Below are positions 11,971-24,891 of a stretch of 64,000 bases of DNA, one piece after another. The notes beneath the pieces are model-generated. The model worked only from the letters and a program-made list of their open reading frames with translations, did no database searches and was not told the origin of the DNA. The DNA is from Eledone cirrhosa (lineage: Eukaryota): contig OZ024744.1 in assembly GCA_964016885.1 (NCBI GenBank), forward strand, positions 113,460,001 to 113,524,000, given 5' to 3'. Positions within the stretch are counted from its first letter, which is position 1, and each line of letters opens with the position of its first letter. The translations under genes were made by a program, and so were the position numbers.

Positions 11971-13988
11971 GTGCTTTCGTGTTTCAAAACGAGTTTGATC
12001 ATCCAATCATGTGATTCCCTTAGATATGTGAATAATCCAATTGTTGCAGTTTTCAACGCAATGTCTAACTGGATTAACCCACGTCCTCCTTCTTTCCTAG
12101 GGAGATATATTCTATCTATGTCTGCCTTAGGGTGATGCATTCTGTGCATGGTTAAGAATTTTCGGATTTTTGTATCGAGCCTACGGATCTCTGTGCTTGA
12201 CCAGTTGATGACATTGTAACTGTAGGTTACTACTGGTATGGCAAGCGTGTTTATGGCATCGATCCTATTCCTTGCATTCAATTCCGTTCTTAAGATTGCT
12301 CTGACTCTGCGGTAACATTCCTTCCTTATCCTTTCCCTCATTGTCGAGTGCTTGATTCCGTCTCCTTCACAAACACCTAGATATTTGTAAGTTTGTTCTT
12401 GATCAAGCTCTCTTATCACGTTCCCCCGATCAAGATTAATGTCTGAACTCTTCAGCAGCTTTCCTCTGGTGAATGTTGCTTTGGCGCATTTATCCAGTCC
12501 AAACTCCATTTTAATGTCATCACTGAACTGCTTCACAGTGGATAATAGCCCTTGCAATTGTTCATCATTTTTTGCAAATAGTTTCAGGTCATCCATGTAG
12601 AACAGGTGATTAATGGTTTTGTCATAGACTCTATATCCATGTTTTGTTTCATTGAGCATTTTACTTAATGGTATAAGTGCGATGCAGAATAAAAGCGGTG
12701 ATAAAGAGTCACCCTGAAAAATTCCACAATTAATGTTAACTTCTCCAGCTTCCAGTGATTTTGTTTCACTATTCAAAAGGAGTGTCGTTCTCCATGTCCT
12801 CATACTGAATGACAAAAACCTCCTGACAACGGGGGATATTTTGAAAATCTCTAAACATTTTTCAATCCAACTGTGTGGCAAACTATCAAATGCTTTTTTT
12901 ATAATCTATCCAAGCAATCGATAGATTTTTGTGTCTATTATGACAATCTTCCAGTATCATTTTGTTAACCAGAAGCTGATCCTTACAGCCATATGAGCCT
13001 CGTTTACACCCTTTCTGCTCAATGGGAAATAGGTCATTTGTTATCAGGTGGTCATATGTGTATTCAGTTAGGACTGATGTTAAAATGTTATACATTGTGG
13101 TCAAGCAGGTTATCGGTCTGTAATTTTTGGGATTGTTTGTCTCATCATTCTTCGGTAGCAGGAATGTAATGCCGTTAACTAGCCATGATGGTATCTTTTC
13201 TGGCTCCTTAACTATTTCATTGTAAAGTTGGGCTAACAGCTCATGAGACTCTGTGAAGGCATTTATCCAAAAGTTTTGTATTTTGTCTTTTCCTGGGGAT
13301 TTCCATTTGCTGGTTTTTCTTAGAGCCAAGCGCAGCTGTTCAACTGTTATATTTTCCCATGTTTGTTCTTCAAGGTGAGCTGTTTCTTTCATTTGTCTGT
13401 CTATCCATGGGGCATGTATGTTATGAACTTTTTCTTCGGCCCAGATCTTTTCCCAGAATTCTTGCACTTCCTCCTTGGGTGGTATTGATTTAGCAGTTAT
13501 TGTTGACTTACCAATTTTTCTGTAGAAGTTTCTTTGGTTGTTTTTGAACATATTATTGTCCTTATAGAATCTAGATCGTTTTTCAAAGCGCCTTATACGA
13601 GCAGCTTTGGCCGACACTTTTTGTTTGATTGTTTCTATCAGCATGTCTATGTCACATGTTGATCTTATACTGTACTTTTTTTTCAATTTTCTAAGTTTAG
13701 TTTGTTTAACATGTTCACCTACTTTATAGTTTGTCAAAATTTCTGTCAGATCGGAGAAGGTTTATTTGGCGATTGATGTTATCTTGCCAAGTAGATTTCT
13801 TGTGGGAATTCCTTTGTTTTTTCATCTTCACTCCACATAAGTGAGTGGTGACTTTAGCCGATGCATAATAGAGATGATTTAAGTCAGTAATGTTTAGTTT
13901 GTTTGTGATGATAATGTTTTTGAGAATTATGTTAGTCTTGTGTATTATCTTTTGGTTCTGTTTGGAGTTCTGGATCTTAGGGAGGGTG
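11971..13988 (-). mobile_element. R4/Dong-clade LINE, 5' part (RT), 5'-truncated, with frameshifts near 12885 and 13750
   Basis: KSPGKD, YRPITCL, IDYKK(AFD), GIFQGDSLSP, YMDD, YKYLG, GGRGL. Confidence 0.88.
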
Positions 13989-15762
13989 TTGAATGCTATG
14001 GTTGACGGAGGCTCGGCTCTGTAAGGTATTGTAAATTTTGAACGCTATAACAATTGTAAATTGTTTAAAACTTTAACGAACTTGTAGACAAAAACACCCT
14101 CCTCCTCGTGATAGGGGTCTTTCTGCCCGTTATTTGGCACTTCGGGGTTAAATAACTGCTTATTGGGGTTTTGTGCCCAATATTTATTTTAAACAAAAAA
14201 AACAACATGGCTACGAAAAATAATTTTCATAGGTCCCTCCCACTCATTCCGTCTTCTTCTTCCTCAATCATCACTACAGCAGAGAGAAGATTGTCTCTCT
14301 CCCTCCCTTCTTTAAATGTATCTCTCTCCCTCCCTTCTCTTTCGCAAGTGACGAAAGAAAAGAAAAGTCTCGTGCAAAGCGTGCAAGATTTCTCCACGAC
14401 GACGACGACAACGACGAAACAGGTGTGCGGGAAATACGAAAACCCATTTCATTCGTCTGACGTCAGGAATAATAGCAGTAGCAGCCGTAATAACAACAGC
14501 AACAGTGACAATGAAAACATCAGTAGCAGCCGCAACAGCATCACCAGCAGCATAAACAACAACAGCATTAGCAGCAGCAACACCAACAACAACCACAGCA
14601 ACAGCGGCGGAGGCAGTAGTCGTAGTACCTGCAGCAACAACAAAAGTAACAGCAGCTCTGACGACAACAACAACAACAGCAGCAAAGAAAAACCAATCTC
14701 ATTTGCAGGTATTGCGAAGAACTTGGAAACAATCCTCATAACAAATGAGGAATTAGAGGAAGCGAAGAAGATGGTGACAAAGACTGGACACCGAGCAATC
14801 TGCAAGGCAGCGGAAAAATTTTTCGAAACCCAACAGCACTGTACGGTCACGTACCGTACAGTAAGTACAAAATCCCGTAGGGTTGAAAGAGCCACAGAGG
14901 CTCAAATACAAAAAGCCTTGGGGTCTGTGTGGCAGCGGAAAACGCACATCACCCGAGGCAAAAAATGTGCCACCGTAGACGTACTTTTTGCCACACCCCA
15001 GGAGGCAAAGGCTCAATCCGTAGTGACCCTAAGGAGCGAGGAAATGGTGTTGGTGCCCTCCTACTGCGGGCAAAATATTGTGAGGGTCAAACTGACCCCC
15101 CCCCCCCCCCCCGGATGGCCCCTTCTTGGCTGGCCGCGTCTGTCCTCGTCGGAATCGAGGACAAAACAACTGTAGGTTGTCGAACACCTGCTGTCGCGTT
15201 TAGGACGGATCCGGCTATCATCTGAGTCCATCGTGAGGATTGCCCCGACCTCCTCCTTTAGCCGGGAAGGGCAGGCAGTTTTTATCTGTCTGGTGGCCAT
15301 GGCGAAAGAGATAGTATGGTGGACACGTTTGAAAGGGCTGAAGACGAGCACTTACCTCTTCGGTGATGCTCTGATTGACTTTTTCAAATTTCATTTGAAA
15401 AGGAAAATCAGAGTAGAGAGGGAAGTGCTCTCTTCCCAGCATTTTGTTGAAAGATGGGTGAGAGAAGCAAGAATGGCCCGAGTGAATGGGCCGACTCTGA
15501 GTATATATCTGTAAATTAAAGGTGGAAAACTGGGAGAGGGTACTTGCCTTGGTGGTCAGGGTCATTGTGGCCTTTTACTTGGCTTTCTCCACAAATGTCC
15601 CTCCGAAGTCTCCCCCCTATTGGGGAATTTTTCATTGTTATTTTTTGTTACATCCTCTGTTTTTGTTTTTTACACGCAGAAATGCCCATTTGTACCGTCC
15701 TGTATTGTCCTGCACTGTCCTTAATGTCTACTTTATGTAAACCCTTGTGGTTAATAAAGAAA

Positions 15763-15848
<86 letters not shown>
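13989..15848 (+). mobile_element. Internally deleted or chimeric Tx1 copy: 5'UTR + partial ORF1 joined at ~15178 to the ORF2 C-terminus/3'UTR, long (TTA)n tail
   Basis: 15178-15760 is nearly identical to 4908-5485; ORF1 14171-15175 is only a diverged homolog of 81-1090. Confidence 0.85.
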
Positions 15849-16077
15849 GGCGGTGGATTGGCAGTATCCGTAGAGGGTCGGACGCCATGCTTTGCCGCAT
15901 AGAGTTACGGCCCTTTATGATCTGAGTTCAAATCCCGCCGAGGTTAACTTTGCCTTTCATCCTTACGGGGTCGATAAAATAAAGTACCAGTCACGCACTG
16001 GGGTCGATTTCATTGACTTTTCCCTCCCCCCAAAATTGCTGGCCTTGTGCCTACATAAGAAACCATTATTATTATAT
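15849..16077 (+). mobile_element. tRNA-derived SINE (Octopus-type) with ATT tail; partial minus copy at 18480-18555
   Basis: GGCGG..TGGCAG head, GAGTTCAAATCC B-box, TTTGCCTTTCATCC..GGGGTCGATAAAATAAAGTACCAG body. Confidence 0.75.
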
Positions 16078-16132
16078 AAATATATATAAAAATTAGGATT
16101 GGTGCTCTGAAATAGCGATGTATACGTGAATG

Positions 16133-16478
16133 TATGTATAGTATATTTGGCAATATACTGTATGTTTAATTAAAAACATTTTGAAGACCTTGCGCTATCA
16201 TTTTTAAAGTAGTGACTATATCACTTACTTCTTTTTTCGGCAAAAGAAGGGAGAGAAGCTGACAGATTCTGTTTCACGCTGTTGGCGATCCTCAGAGCAT
16301 CGTAGTCTCCGCCTTTGCTGAAAATTATAGAGGTTGTATTCTTATAGAATTCCAGTAATAATCAGGAACTTTTGCCGAAAAAAGAAGTGACATAGTCAGT
16401 ACTTTAAAAAGGATAGCGCAAGGTCTTCAAAATGTTTTTAATTAAACATACTGTATATTGCCAAATATACTATACATA
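16133..16478. mobile_element. 346-bp fold-back element (~110-bp inverted arms) with an internal hammerhead ribozyme
   Basis: 16133-16246 is the reverse complement of 16369-16478; TA flanks. Confidence 0.85.
16255..16301 (-). ncRNA. Hammerhead ribozyme, type I, canonical core
   Basis: gct CTGAGGA t-cgc caaca gcg-t GAAA cag aat ctg TC agc. Confidence 0.85.
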
Positions 16479-16489
16479 TATATATCTAT

Positions 16490-16752
16490 ATCACCTTAAT
16501 CACCTTGACCGACCAGTCTGTCGGGCGCCAATTGGCGCCGCTGGTCACAGCACGTCGTGCTGTTTTAGCCATCGATAGCGCCATCCCACTGGCTTGGCGG
16601 GCAGGCCGGTACTGATTTCTACAGCTGAGTAAACTGGAGCAACGTGAAATAAAGTGTTTTGCTCAAGGAAACAACACATCGCCCGGTCCGAGAATTGAAC
16701 TCACAACCTTTCGATTGCAAGTCCAATGCTCTAACCACTAAGCCATGCGCCT
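16490..16752 (-). mobile_element. tRNA-derived SINE; second copy at 62931-63066
   Basis: GGCGCATGGCTTAGTGGTTAGAGC (A-box), GAGTTCAATTC (B-box), TCCTTGAGCAAAACACTTT body. Confidence 0.75.
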
Positions 16753-16856
16753 TCACATATATATATTTCACATGTATATATTTCACATGTATATATTTTA
16801 TCAAATTATTCTATGGAGACATTTTATTGTATATATATATATATATATATATCATA

Positions 16857-18120
16857 ATCTATAAAGCTCAGTGTATGGACATGCTCCTTTGTTATAGAAA
16901 TCTACGATATAGAATTTCTTCAATTGAAATTTACAATTCAGTATTCGAAATAGCTTCGATTGCGTCTTGGCACATCTCATTTTTTCAATTTCACCCACAA
17001 TTACGCAAAAAATAGATAAAACTCAATATTTTACGATTTTTCTCTCTCATTTAAAGTGCTAAACTCTATCCACTACCATTCAAAATCTATACAACTTCAT
17101 ACTTTCTGCTACTTTCTCTTTCCAAGCTTGATGGTGATACTGTCCGTTTTACTCTCTCATATCATCTGCTTCCCTCTATCTACAACCCACACATTTTGCT
17201 ACTTTCTCTTTTATACTTCAAACTTACTGATTTATTTGCAAACGCATACAAACACACACTCACTTCAAATGATAAAAAAACATTTAAAGCAATTAAATAA
17301 CGTGTGTGATTTATAACCACACTAACTTTTAGTTGCTCAATTATTACATTTCATACGAAACGACAATTATTCAAAAGCAACAGATGCATTTATTCAACAA
17401 CAAGCGATAAATCTTTTTTAAAACCTCTCAACGAACATGGATTCTTACAGACTTTGAGTCGAATCGGTTTGAAATTGTGCAAATGTATAAACATGGAACA
17501 TGTGCACACACACAACAACAACAACAATCTGCCTTTTATAGATAATGATAAACAATAATATCCTCTATGAGGTCACTAAACCTGCAAGAAACAGCAGCTA
17601 ACTCTCCCCCATACCACACCCCTCCCTACTGTCTTAAATTTAGAAAACATATCTTCTATGAGGTCACTAAACCTGCTAGAAACAACAGCTAACTCTCCCC
17701 CATATCACACCACTCCCTACTGTCTTAAATTTAGAAAACACATATCCTCTATGAGGTCACTAAACCTGCTAGAAACAACAGCTAACTCTCCCTCATATCA
17801 CAACCCTCCCTACTGTCTTAAATTTAGAAAACACACAGACTACCATGCAGAACAACTCCATCGCAGCTCTGTTGTTCGGCTGGCATCGTCTACGCGCGTG
17901 TTGCGCAAGTACTGTGAAACAATAAATCTCAACACTTTTTTGCACAGAGATAATATCCATAGGCGAAACTACAATTGTCACTGCTGGCGCAGCTCCTGCT
18001 TCCAGGTCTGCAATTCATTCACCCAGTGCTTGGCAGACAAAAAAGTGCTGCCATAAAATGGGTGGTGCAACCTAACTTTGGTAACTTAATGACCCCGAGC
18101 AACGCCGTGCTTTAATGCTA

Positions 18121-18121
<1 letters not shown>
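16857..18121 (+). mobile_element. Possible non-autonomous Helitron or composite
   Basis: 3' end CCCGAGCAACGCC..GCTAG|T matches 35908-35934; 5' boundary uncertain. Confidence 0.4.
17558..17835 (+). repeat. Tandem repeat, 3 x ~92 bp
   Basis: ATATCCTCTATGAGGTCACTAAACCTGC...CTGTCTTAAATTTAGAAAAC three times. Confidence 0.9.
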
Positions 18122-18191
<70 letters not shown>

Positions 18192-18343
18192 TATATATAT
18201 ATATAGTGTATATGTATATATATGTATATATATATATGTATATATATATATATGTATATATATATATACTGTATATGTATATATATGTATATATGTATAT
18301 ATGTATATATATATATATATATATAGTATATATATATATATTA

Positions 18344-18430
<87 letters not shown>

Positions 18431-18640
18431 ATAATAATATATATATATATAATTGTTTTTACGATTGGCACAAGGCCACCAATTATCCCAGTGCATTACT
18501 GGTACTTTATTTTATCGACCCCCGTAAGGATGAAAGGCAAAGTTAAAGTTAACCTCATAATATATATATATAATATATATATATAATATATATATATATA
18601 AAATATATATATATGATATATATATATATAATATATATAT

Positions 18641-21537
18641 CATCATCATCATCATCATCATCATCATTTTACGTACGCTTTTCTCTGCTTGCAAGGGTGG
18701 GATGGGTCTTATTCAGCACAGCATCTCTCCACTTGTCACGGTCCTTCATCATCCCCACCGTGAGCTTCAGCGATCTGAGGTCTGTTCTCACCACCTCCGC
18801 CCATGTTTTTCGTGGTCTACCTCTACCACATCTTCATTCAACTGACATTTCCTAGCACTTCTTCACCAAATGGCCATCCTCCATGCGCATCACATGTCCA
18901 TACCACCTCAGTCTCCTCTCCCGTACACTACATTCTATCCCTCTCAGACACAGTTTCTCTCTTTACACATTTTTGCTGGGTCGTACACGCACATCGACAT
19001 TGCACATGCAACGGAGCATGCTTGCCTCATTTCTCTCCAGCCCTCTCACTACAATGCAGCATCGCGCTCCTCACACAGGCATCATACAACCGGCCTTTCG
19101 TACGAAGGGAGAAACCCTTCTTCATCAGCAGAGGAAGCAGCTCCATAAACTTCTTCCAACCCGTCCTTATTCTAGATACTATGGCCTCGGAACACCCCCC
19201 TCCCATGCTAATCTGATTTCCTAGGTACCGGAAGCTATCCACCACTTCTATAATGCCCGCCTGCATTTGAAAAATGTGTCTATCAATGCGACTTCTACTG
19301 TCTAATTTCCCTGTACATCTACTGCATACATATTTCTCCCTACCTGTTAGTTTGTCTGCTATCTCACTACATCTCTTGTGTACCCAGGATCTGCATTGTG
19401 TACATTTTACAGAATTTATGCCAGTTCCTTTTGTGCATATCGAACATGGCCATTTCCCTGATGGAATCAGAGTTTTGTCCTCTTTTCTACTCATCAACAC
19501 TTTTGTCTTAGCTAGGTTCACTCCCACTCCTCTTGCTTCCAACTGCTGTTTCCATAGCCAGAATTTATTCTCTAGCTCCTCTACTGATTCTGCTATTAGA
19601 ACCAGGTCGTCAGCATAGAGAAGTTCCCATGGACAGCCAGTCTTAAACTCATCCGTTATGGCTTGGAGGACTATAATGAACAAGAGCGGGCTAAGGACCG
19701 AACCTTGATGTACTCCTATTTGTATCTGGAATTCCTCACTAAACTCCATTCCTACCCTGACTTTACTGACAGAACCTCTGTACAAAGTTTGCACTGTCCT
19801 CACAAGCCATTCCTCAACACCTAGTTTCCTTAGGGACTACCAGATGACAGATCGGGGTACCCTATCAAAGGCCTTCTCTTGGTCAACAAAGGCTAAGTAT
19901 AGTGGCTTATTTTTCTCTCAGAACCTCTCTTGTAATTGTCTTGTGGTATGATAGCTCTGACGCCACAAACGGACGTCATAAAAATAACACAGACACTCCG
20001 GCAAAAAAAAAAATGCAGAGCGACAACACGCATTTTTTTTTGGAGCTGATTGTACAAACACGCACCAGCCATTCGTATTCTTTTGAATATTTTTGCAAGT
20101 CATTAATACAAAAATACACTTTGTCTAAAGTCTCACCAAGAAGAGGGCTTCTGTTGTACTCTTCCCAGGCACAAAACCAAACTGCATCTCATCTAGTTTG
20201 ACCCGTTCTCTAATTAGTTGTGCTAATATCCTTTCTGCCACTTTCATAACCATCAGTTTTATACCCCTATAATTGCTCCTCTCCAGAGTATCCCCTTTAC
20301 CTTTGTAGCAATTTATGAGAATACTGCTGCACCAGTCTTTGGGTATGACACCACCATATATAGCCTGATTGATGATGCGTGCAACCAGTTTAGTGCCTAC
20401 GTTCCCTGATGCCTTCAGCATCTCAGCAACTATCCCCGATGGTCCTGCAGACATACCATTTTTCATTTCCTTAATCGCCTCTTGGTCCCTATATTCGTTA
20501 ATCTCAATAGCTGGTCCCTCTGTCAGATCTACTGAGGGTAATTTCTCTCTCTCCCATTCGTTCTCCACATTCATCAGTCTCTCATAATGACATTTCCAGG
20601 CCTCCTTTTTCTGATCATTTGTGACACTAAGTACACCGGCATCATCCTGGACACATTTATCTCCAACAACATCCTGATTTGCATTGACACACTGCCTTGC
20701 AATGCGGAACACTGCACGCCTCTGATCTTCCCGTTGCAGAACATTGGCAAACCTCCTACTCTCAGCCTCCCTGCGTGCTAAGTACACCTGACGTCTTGCT
20801 TCTCTCTTAGCGGCTGTATATTCTTCCCTACTCCCACCCTTTTTCCAAGCCTTCCATGCTAGTCTTTTGTCTCTAATAGCCTTATCTACTGTGCTGTTCC
20901 ACCACTAGGTCACTCTCTGTCTGGTTGGAGCTCCAGCCACAAGTTTCATCAGTAGCCTTCAGCAAGTTGTCACGTAAGAACTTCCAGTTATTATCTATGT
21001 CATACGACTCTAAATCGTCTTCATTTTCGTCATATACATCTTGAAGGACTTTCCTGAATTTGTATTTTAGTGAAAGGTCTTTTAGCTTCCATACCTTTCT
21101 TCTCCACACCTTCCTCTATGTCTCATTCCATCTCTTGCTTACTGAGATATCACTAACGACTAACCTATGCTGTGGGGTACATTCGTCCCCAGGGTATGCC
21201 TTGGTATTAGACACCATCTGCCTGTCCTGCTGCCTAACTAGTAAGAAGTCAATCTGGCTTATGTGCTCACCAGATTTGTAGGTTATTAGGTGGTTGGCAG
21301 GTTTCTGGAAGTTAGTGTTGCAAATAGTCAGTGTATTTACATCACAAAATTCAAGAAGCCTCACTCCTTCTTCATTTCTTGAGCCATAACCGTGCCCAAC
21401 ATGTACCCCAGTGTAACCATCCTGGGACTGTCCAACATGACCATTGAAGTCCCCTGCTAGCTTAACGATGTCTCCGTCCTCTGTCATTGCGGTTGTTTGT
21501 AAAAGTTGCTCGTAAAAGCAGTCTTTCTCTTCTTTGC
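18641..21537 (-). mobile_element. RTE-clade LINE relic (left arm of fold-back) with (GAT)n tail
   Basis: LAGDFNGHVG, SQIDF, QHRLVV (APE); GVHQGSVLSP, LLYADDL (RT); (CAT)n at 18641-18666. Confidence 0.88.
19942..20129 (+). mobile_element. 188-bp insertion with 4-bp TSD GTCT, probable solo LTR
   Basis: Absent from the sister RTE arm; starts TG; GTCT at 19938-19941 and 20130-20133. Confidence 0.6.
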
Positions 21538-23893
21538 CTAGCGGGAGACTTCAATGGACATGTTGGACAGCTCCAGGATGAATACACAGGGGTACATGGT
21601 GGGCACGGTTATGGCTCAAGAAATGAAGAAGGAGTGAGGCTTCTTGAATTTTGTGATGCAAATGCACTAACCATTTGCAACACTAACTTCCAGAAACCTA
21701 CCAACCACCTAATAACCTACAAATCAGGCGAGCAAAAGAGCCAGATTGACCTCTTACTAGTTAGGCAACAAGACAGACAGATGGTGTCAAATACTAAGAT
21801 GTACCCTGGGGAAGAATGTACTCCACAGCATAGGTTAGTCGTTAGTGACATCTCAGTAAGCATGAGGAAGAATGAGACATACAGGAAGGTGTGGAAAAGA
21901 AAGGTCTGGAAACTAAAAGACCTTTCATTAAAATATAATTTAGCAAAGCCCTTCAAGACGTGTATGACGAAAAAGAAGACGATTTAGAGTTGTATGACAT
22001 AGATGATAACTGGAATTTCTTACGTGACAACTTATTGCAGGCTACTGAAGAAACTTGTGGTTGGGGACTGAGCTTCAACTAGACAGAGAATGATCTGGTG
22101 GTGGAACAGCACGGTAGATAAAGCCATTAGTGACAAAAGACTGGCATAGAAGGCTTGGAAAAATGGTGGGAGTAGGGAAGAATATACAGCCACTAAGAGA
22201 GAAGCTAGAGGTCAGGTGTACTTAGCACGCAGGGAGGCTGAGAGTAGGAGGTTTGCCAATGTTCTGCGACGGGAAGATTAGAGACTTGCGGTGTTCCGCG
22301 TTGCAAGGCAGTGTGTCAGTGCAAATCAGGATGTTGTGGGAGATAAATGTGTCCGGAATGATGCCGGTGTACTTACTGTCACGAATTATAAAAAAAAGGA
22401 GGCCTGGAAATGTCATTATGAGAGACTCATGAATATGGAGAATGAATGGGACTGAGAGAAATTACCCCAGTAGACCGAACAGAGGGACCAGCTATTGAGA
22501 TTAACTAATAGAGGGTACAAGATGCAATTAAGGAAATGAAGAATGGTAAGGCTGCTGGACCTTTGGGGATAGTTGCTGAGATGCTGAAGGCATCAGGGGA
22601 CGTAGGCACTAAACTGGTTGCACGCATCATCAATCAAGTTATATATGGTGGTGTCATACACAAAGACTAGTGCAGCAGTATTCTCATAAATTGCTACAAA
22701 GGTAAAGGGGATGCTCTAGAGAGGAGCAATTATAGGGGCATAAAGCTGATGTATCAGGTTTTGAAAGTAGCAGTGAGAATATTAGCGCAACTGATTATAG
22801 AAAGGGTCAAATTAGATGAGATGCAGTTTGATTTTGTGCCTCGGGAAAGTAAAACAGATGCCCTCTTCTTAGTGAGGCAACTACAAGAGGGGTTCTTAGA
22901 GAAGAATAAGCCACTATACTTAGCCTTTGTTGACCTAGAGAAGACCTTTGATAGGGTACCCAGATCTGTCATCTGGTGGTCCCTAAGGAAACTAGGTGTA
23001 GAGGAATGGCTTGTGAGAGCAGTGCACGCTATGTACAAGGGTGCTGTCAGTAAAGGGAGAGTAGGTATGGAGTTTAGTGGGGAATTCCAGATACAAGTAG
23101 GTGTACATCAGGGTTCGGTCCTCAGCCCGCTCTTGTTCATTATAGTCTTCCAAGCCATAACAGAGGAGTTTAACACTGGATGCCCATGGGAATTTCTCTA
23201 TGCTGACGATCTGGTTCTTGTAGCAGAATCAGTAGAGGAGCTAGAGAATAAATTCTGGCTATGGAAACAGCAGTTGGAATCAATAGGCCTGAGAGTGAAC
23301 ATAGCTAAGACAAAAGTGTTGATAAGTAGAAAAGAGGACAATACTCCGATTCCATCAGGGAAATGGCCATGTTAGATATGAAGGAAAGGAACTGTCAAAA
23401 GTTCCATAAAATGTACGCAATGCAGATCTTGGGTCCACAAGAGATGTAGTGGGATAGCAGGCAAACTAACAGGCAGGGAGAAATATGTATGCAGTAGATG
23501 TTCAGGGAAAGTTGGCAGTAGTAATTGCAGTGATAGACACATTTTTCCAATGCAGGTAGGTTCTATAGAAGTGGTTGATAGCTTCTGGTACCTAGGTGAT
23601 CAGATTAGCATGGGAGGGAGGGTGTTCCGAGGCCATAGTATTTAGAATAAGGACGGGTTGGAAGAAGTTTAGTGAGCTGTTTTCTTTGTTGACAAAGAAG
23701 GGTTTCTCCCTGCGTACGAGGTGGTGAGAGCAGAGTACATGGGCGGAGGTGGTGAGAGCAAACCTCAGATCGCTGAAACTCACCAAAGAAATGACGATGG
23801 ACCGTGACAAGTGGAAAGATGCTGTGCTGAATAGGACCCGTCCAACCCTTGCAAGCAGGGAAAAGCGGATGTAAAATGATGATGATAATGATA
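21537..23893 (+). mobile_element. RTE-clade LINE relic (right arm), with stops, frameshifts and a deletion near 23720
   Basis: Inverted homolog of 18641-21460; ORF pieces 21487-21987 and 22749-23375. Confidence 0.88.
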
Positions 23894-23949
23894 ATATATA
23901 TAATATATATATATATATTATATATACATATATATTATATATATAAATA

Positions 23950-24136
23950 TAGGAACGAGTAGGATCCCGACAGCTGAGCTCAAGCCGTTTCGACGGCTAT
24001 TTCTGAATTAGCCGTCGAAACGGCTAGAGCTCAGCCGTCGGGGTCCTACTCGTTCCTATTACCCACTCTACTACCCTAAGTATTGAGTACTTTGGTGCGT
24101 TATGGTCCACCTGGTTCCTTACCACATTTCCTTCGT

Positions 24137-24140
<4 letters not shown>
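23950..24140. mobile_element. Mini fold-back of a PLE pseudo-LTR 3' end (half-hammerhead in both arms)
   Basis: 23951-23999 is the reverse complement of 24009-24058; 24009-24140 is the reverse complement of 52612-52745. Confidence 0.8.
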
Positions 24141-24167
<27 letters not shown>

Positions 24168-24599
24168 ATATATATAATATACATATAATATGTATATATA
24201 ATATATATATATATATAATATATATATATATAATATATATATATATAATATATATATATATAATATATATATATATAATATATATATATATAATATATAT
24301 ATATATATATTATATATATATATATTATATATATATATTATATATATATTATATATATATATATTATATATATATATATTATATATATATATATTATATA
24401 TATATATATATTATATATACATATTATATGTATATTATATATATTATATATATATATATATTATACATATATATATATTATACATATATATATATATAAA
24501 TTTTATATATATTATATATATATATTATATATATATTATATATATATATATAAATTATATATATATTATATATATATGTTATATATATATTATAGTTAT

Positions 24600-24890
24600 G
24601 TAATAAACAACATAAGATAATTATTTCATTTACCAGTGGTTTCTTGAAAGCAAACAAAATTTGCTTTCAGTCATCAGAATGAAAAAATCCTGATGTATTT
24701 ATTGACTGGATTTTAAAAAACAAAAATATAATCTATATGAAAGTGAGGCTGGAAAAGGAAGAAGGAAAGGAAAAAGAATAAGTATAAAGGTAGATAAATA
24801 CACATGCACGCACACACACACACACACACGCGCGCACATATACATACACACACATATATACATATACATATTTATACATATACATATATA
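24600..24890 (-). mobile_element. PLE-type pseudo-LTR, left arm of the outer inverted pair with 34765-34898
   Basis: 24727-24835 is the reverse complement of ~34800-34897; contains a hammerhead. Confidence 0.75.
24624..24684 (-). ncRNA. Hammerhead ribozyme, canonical core
   Basis: tttcatt CTGATGA c-tgaaagcaaa..tttgctttca-a GAAA cc act gg TA aatgaaa. Confidence 0.88.
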
Positions 24891-24891
24891 T

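Noticed and set aside
16680-16752. tRNA gene (also 63000-63066 and 15849-15945)
   Set aside because: A/B boxes continue into SINE bodies; no good acceptor stem
17558-17835. CRISPR-like regular repeat
   Set aside because: Whole units repeat without unique spacers; eukaryotic context with no cas genes
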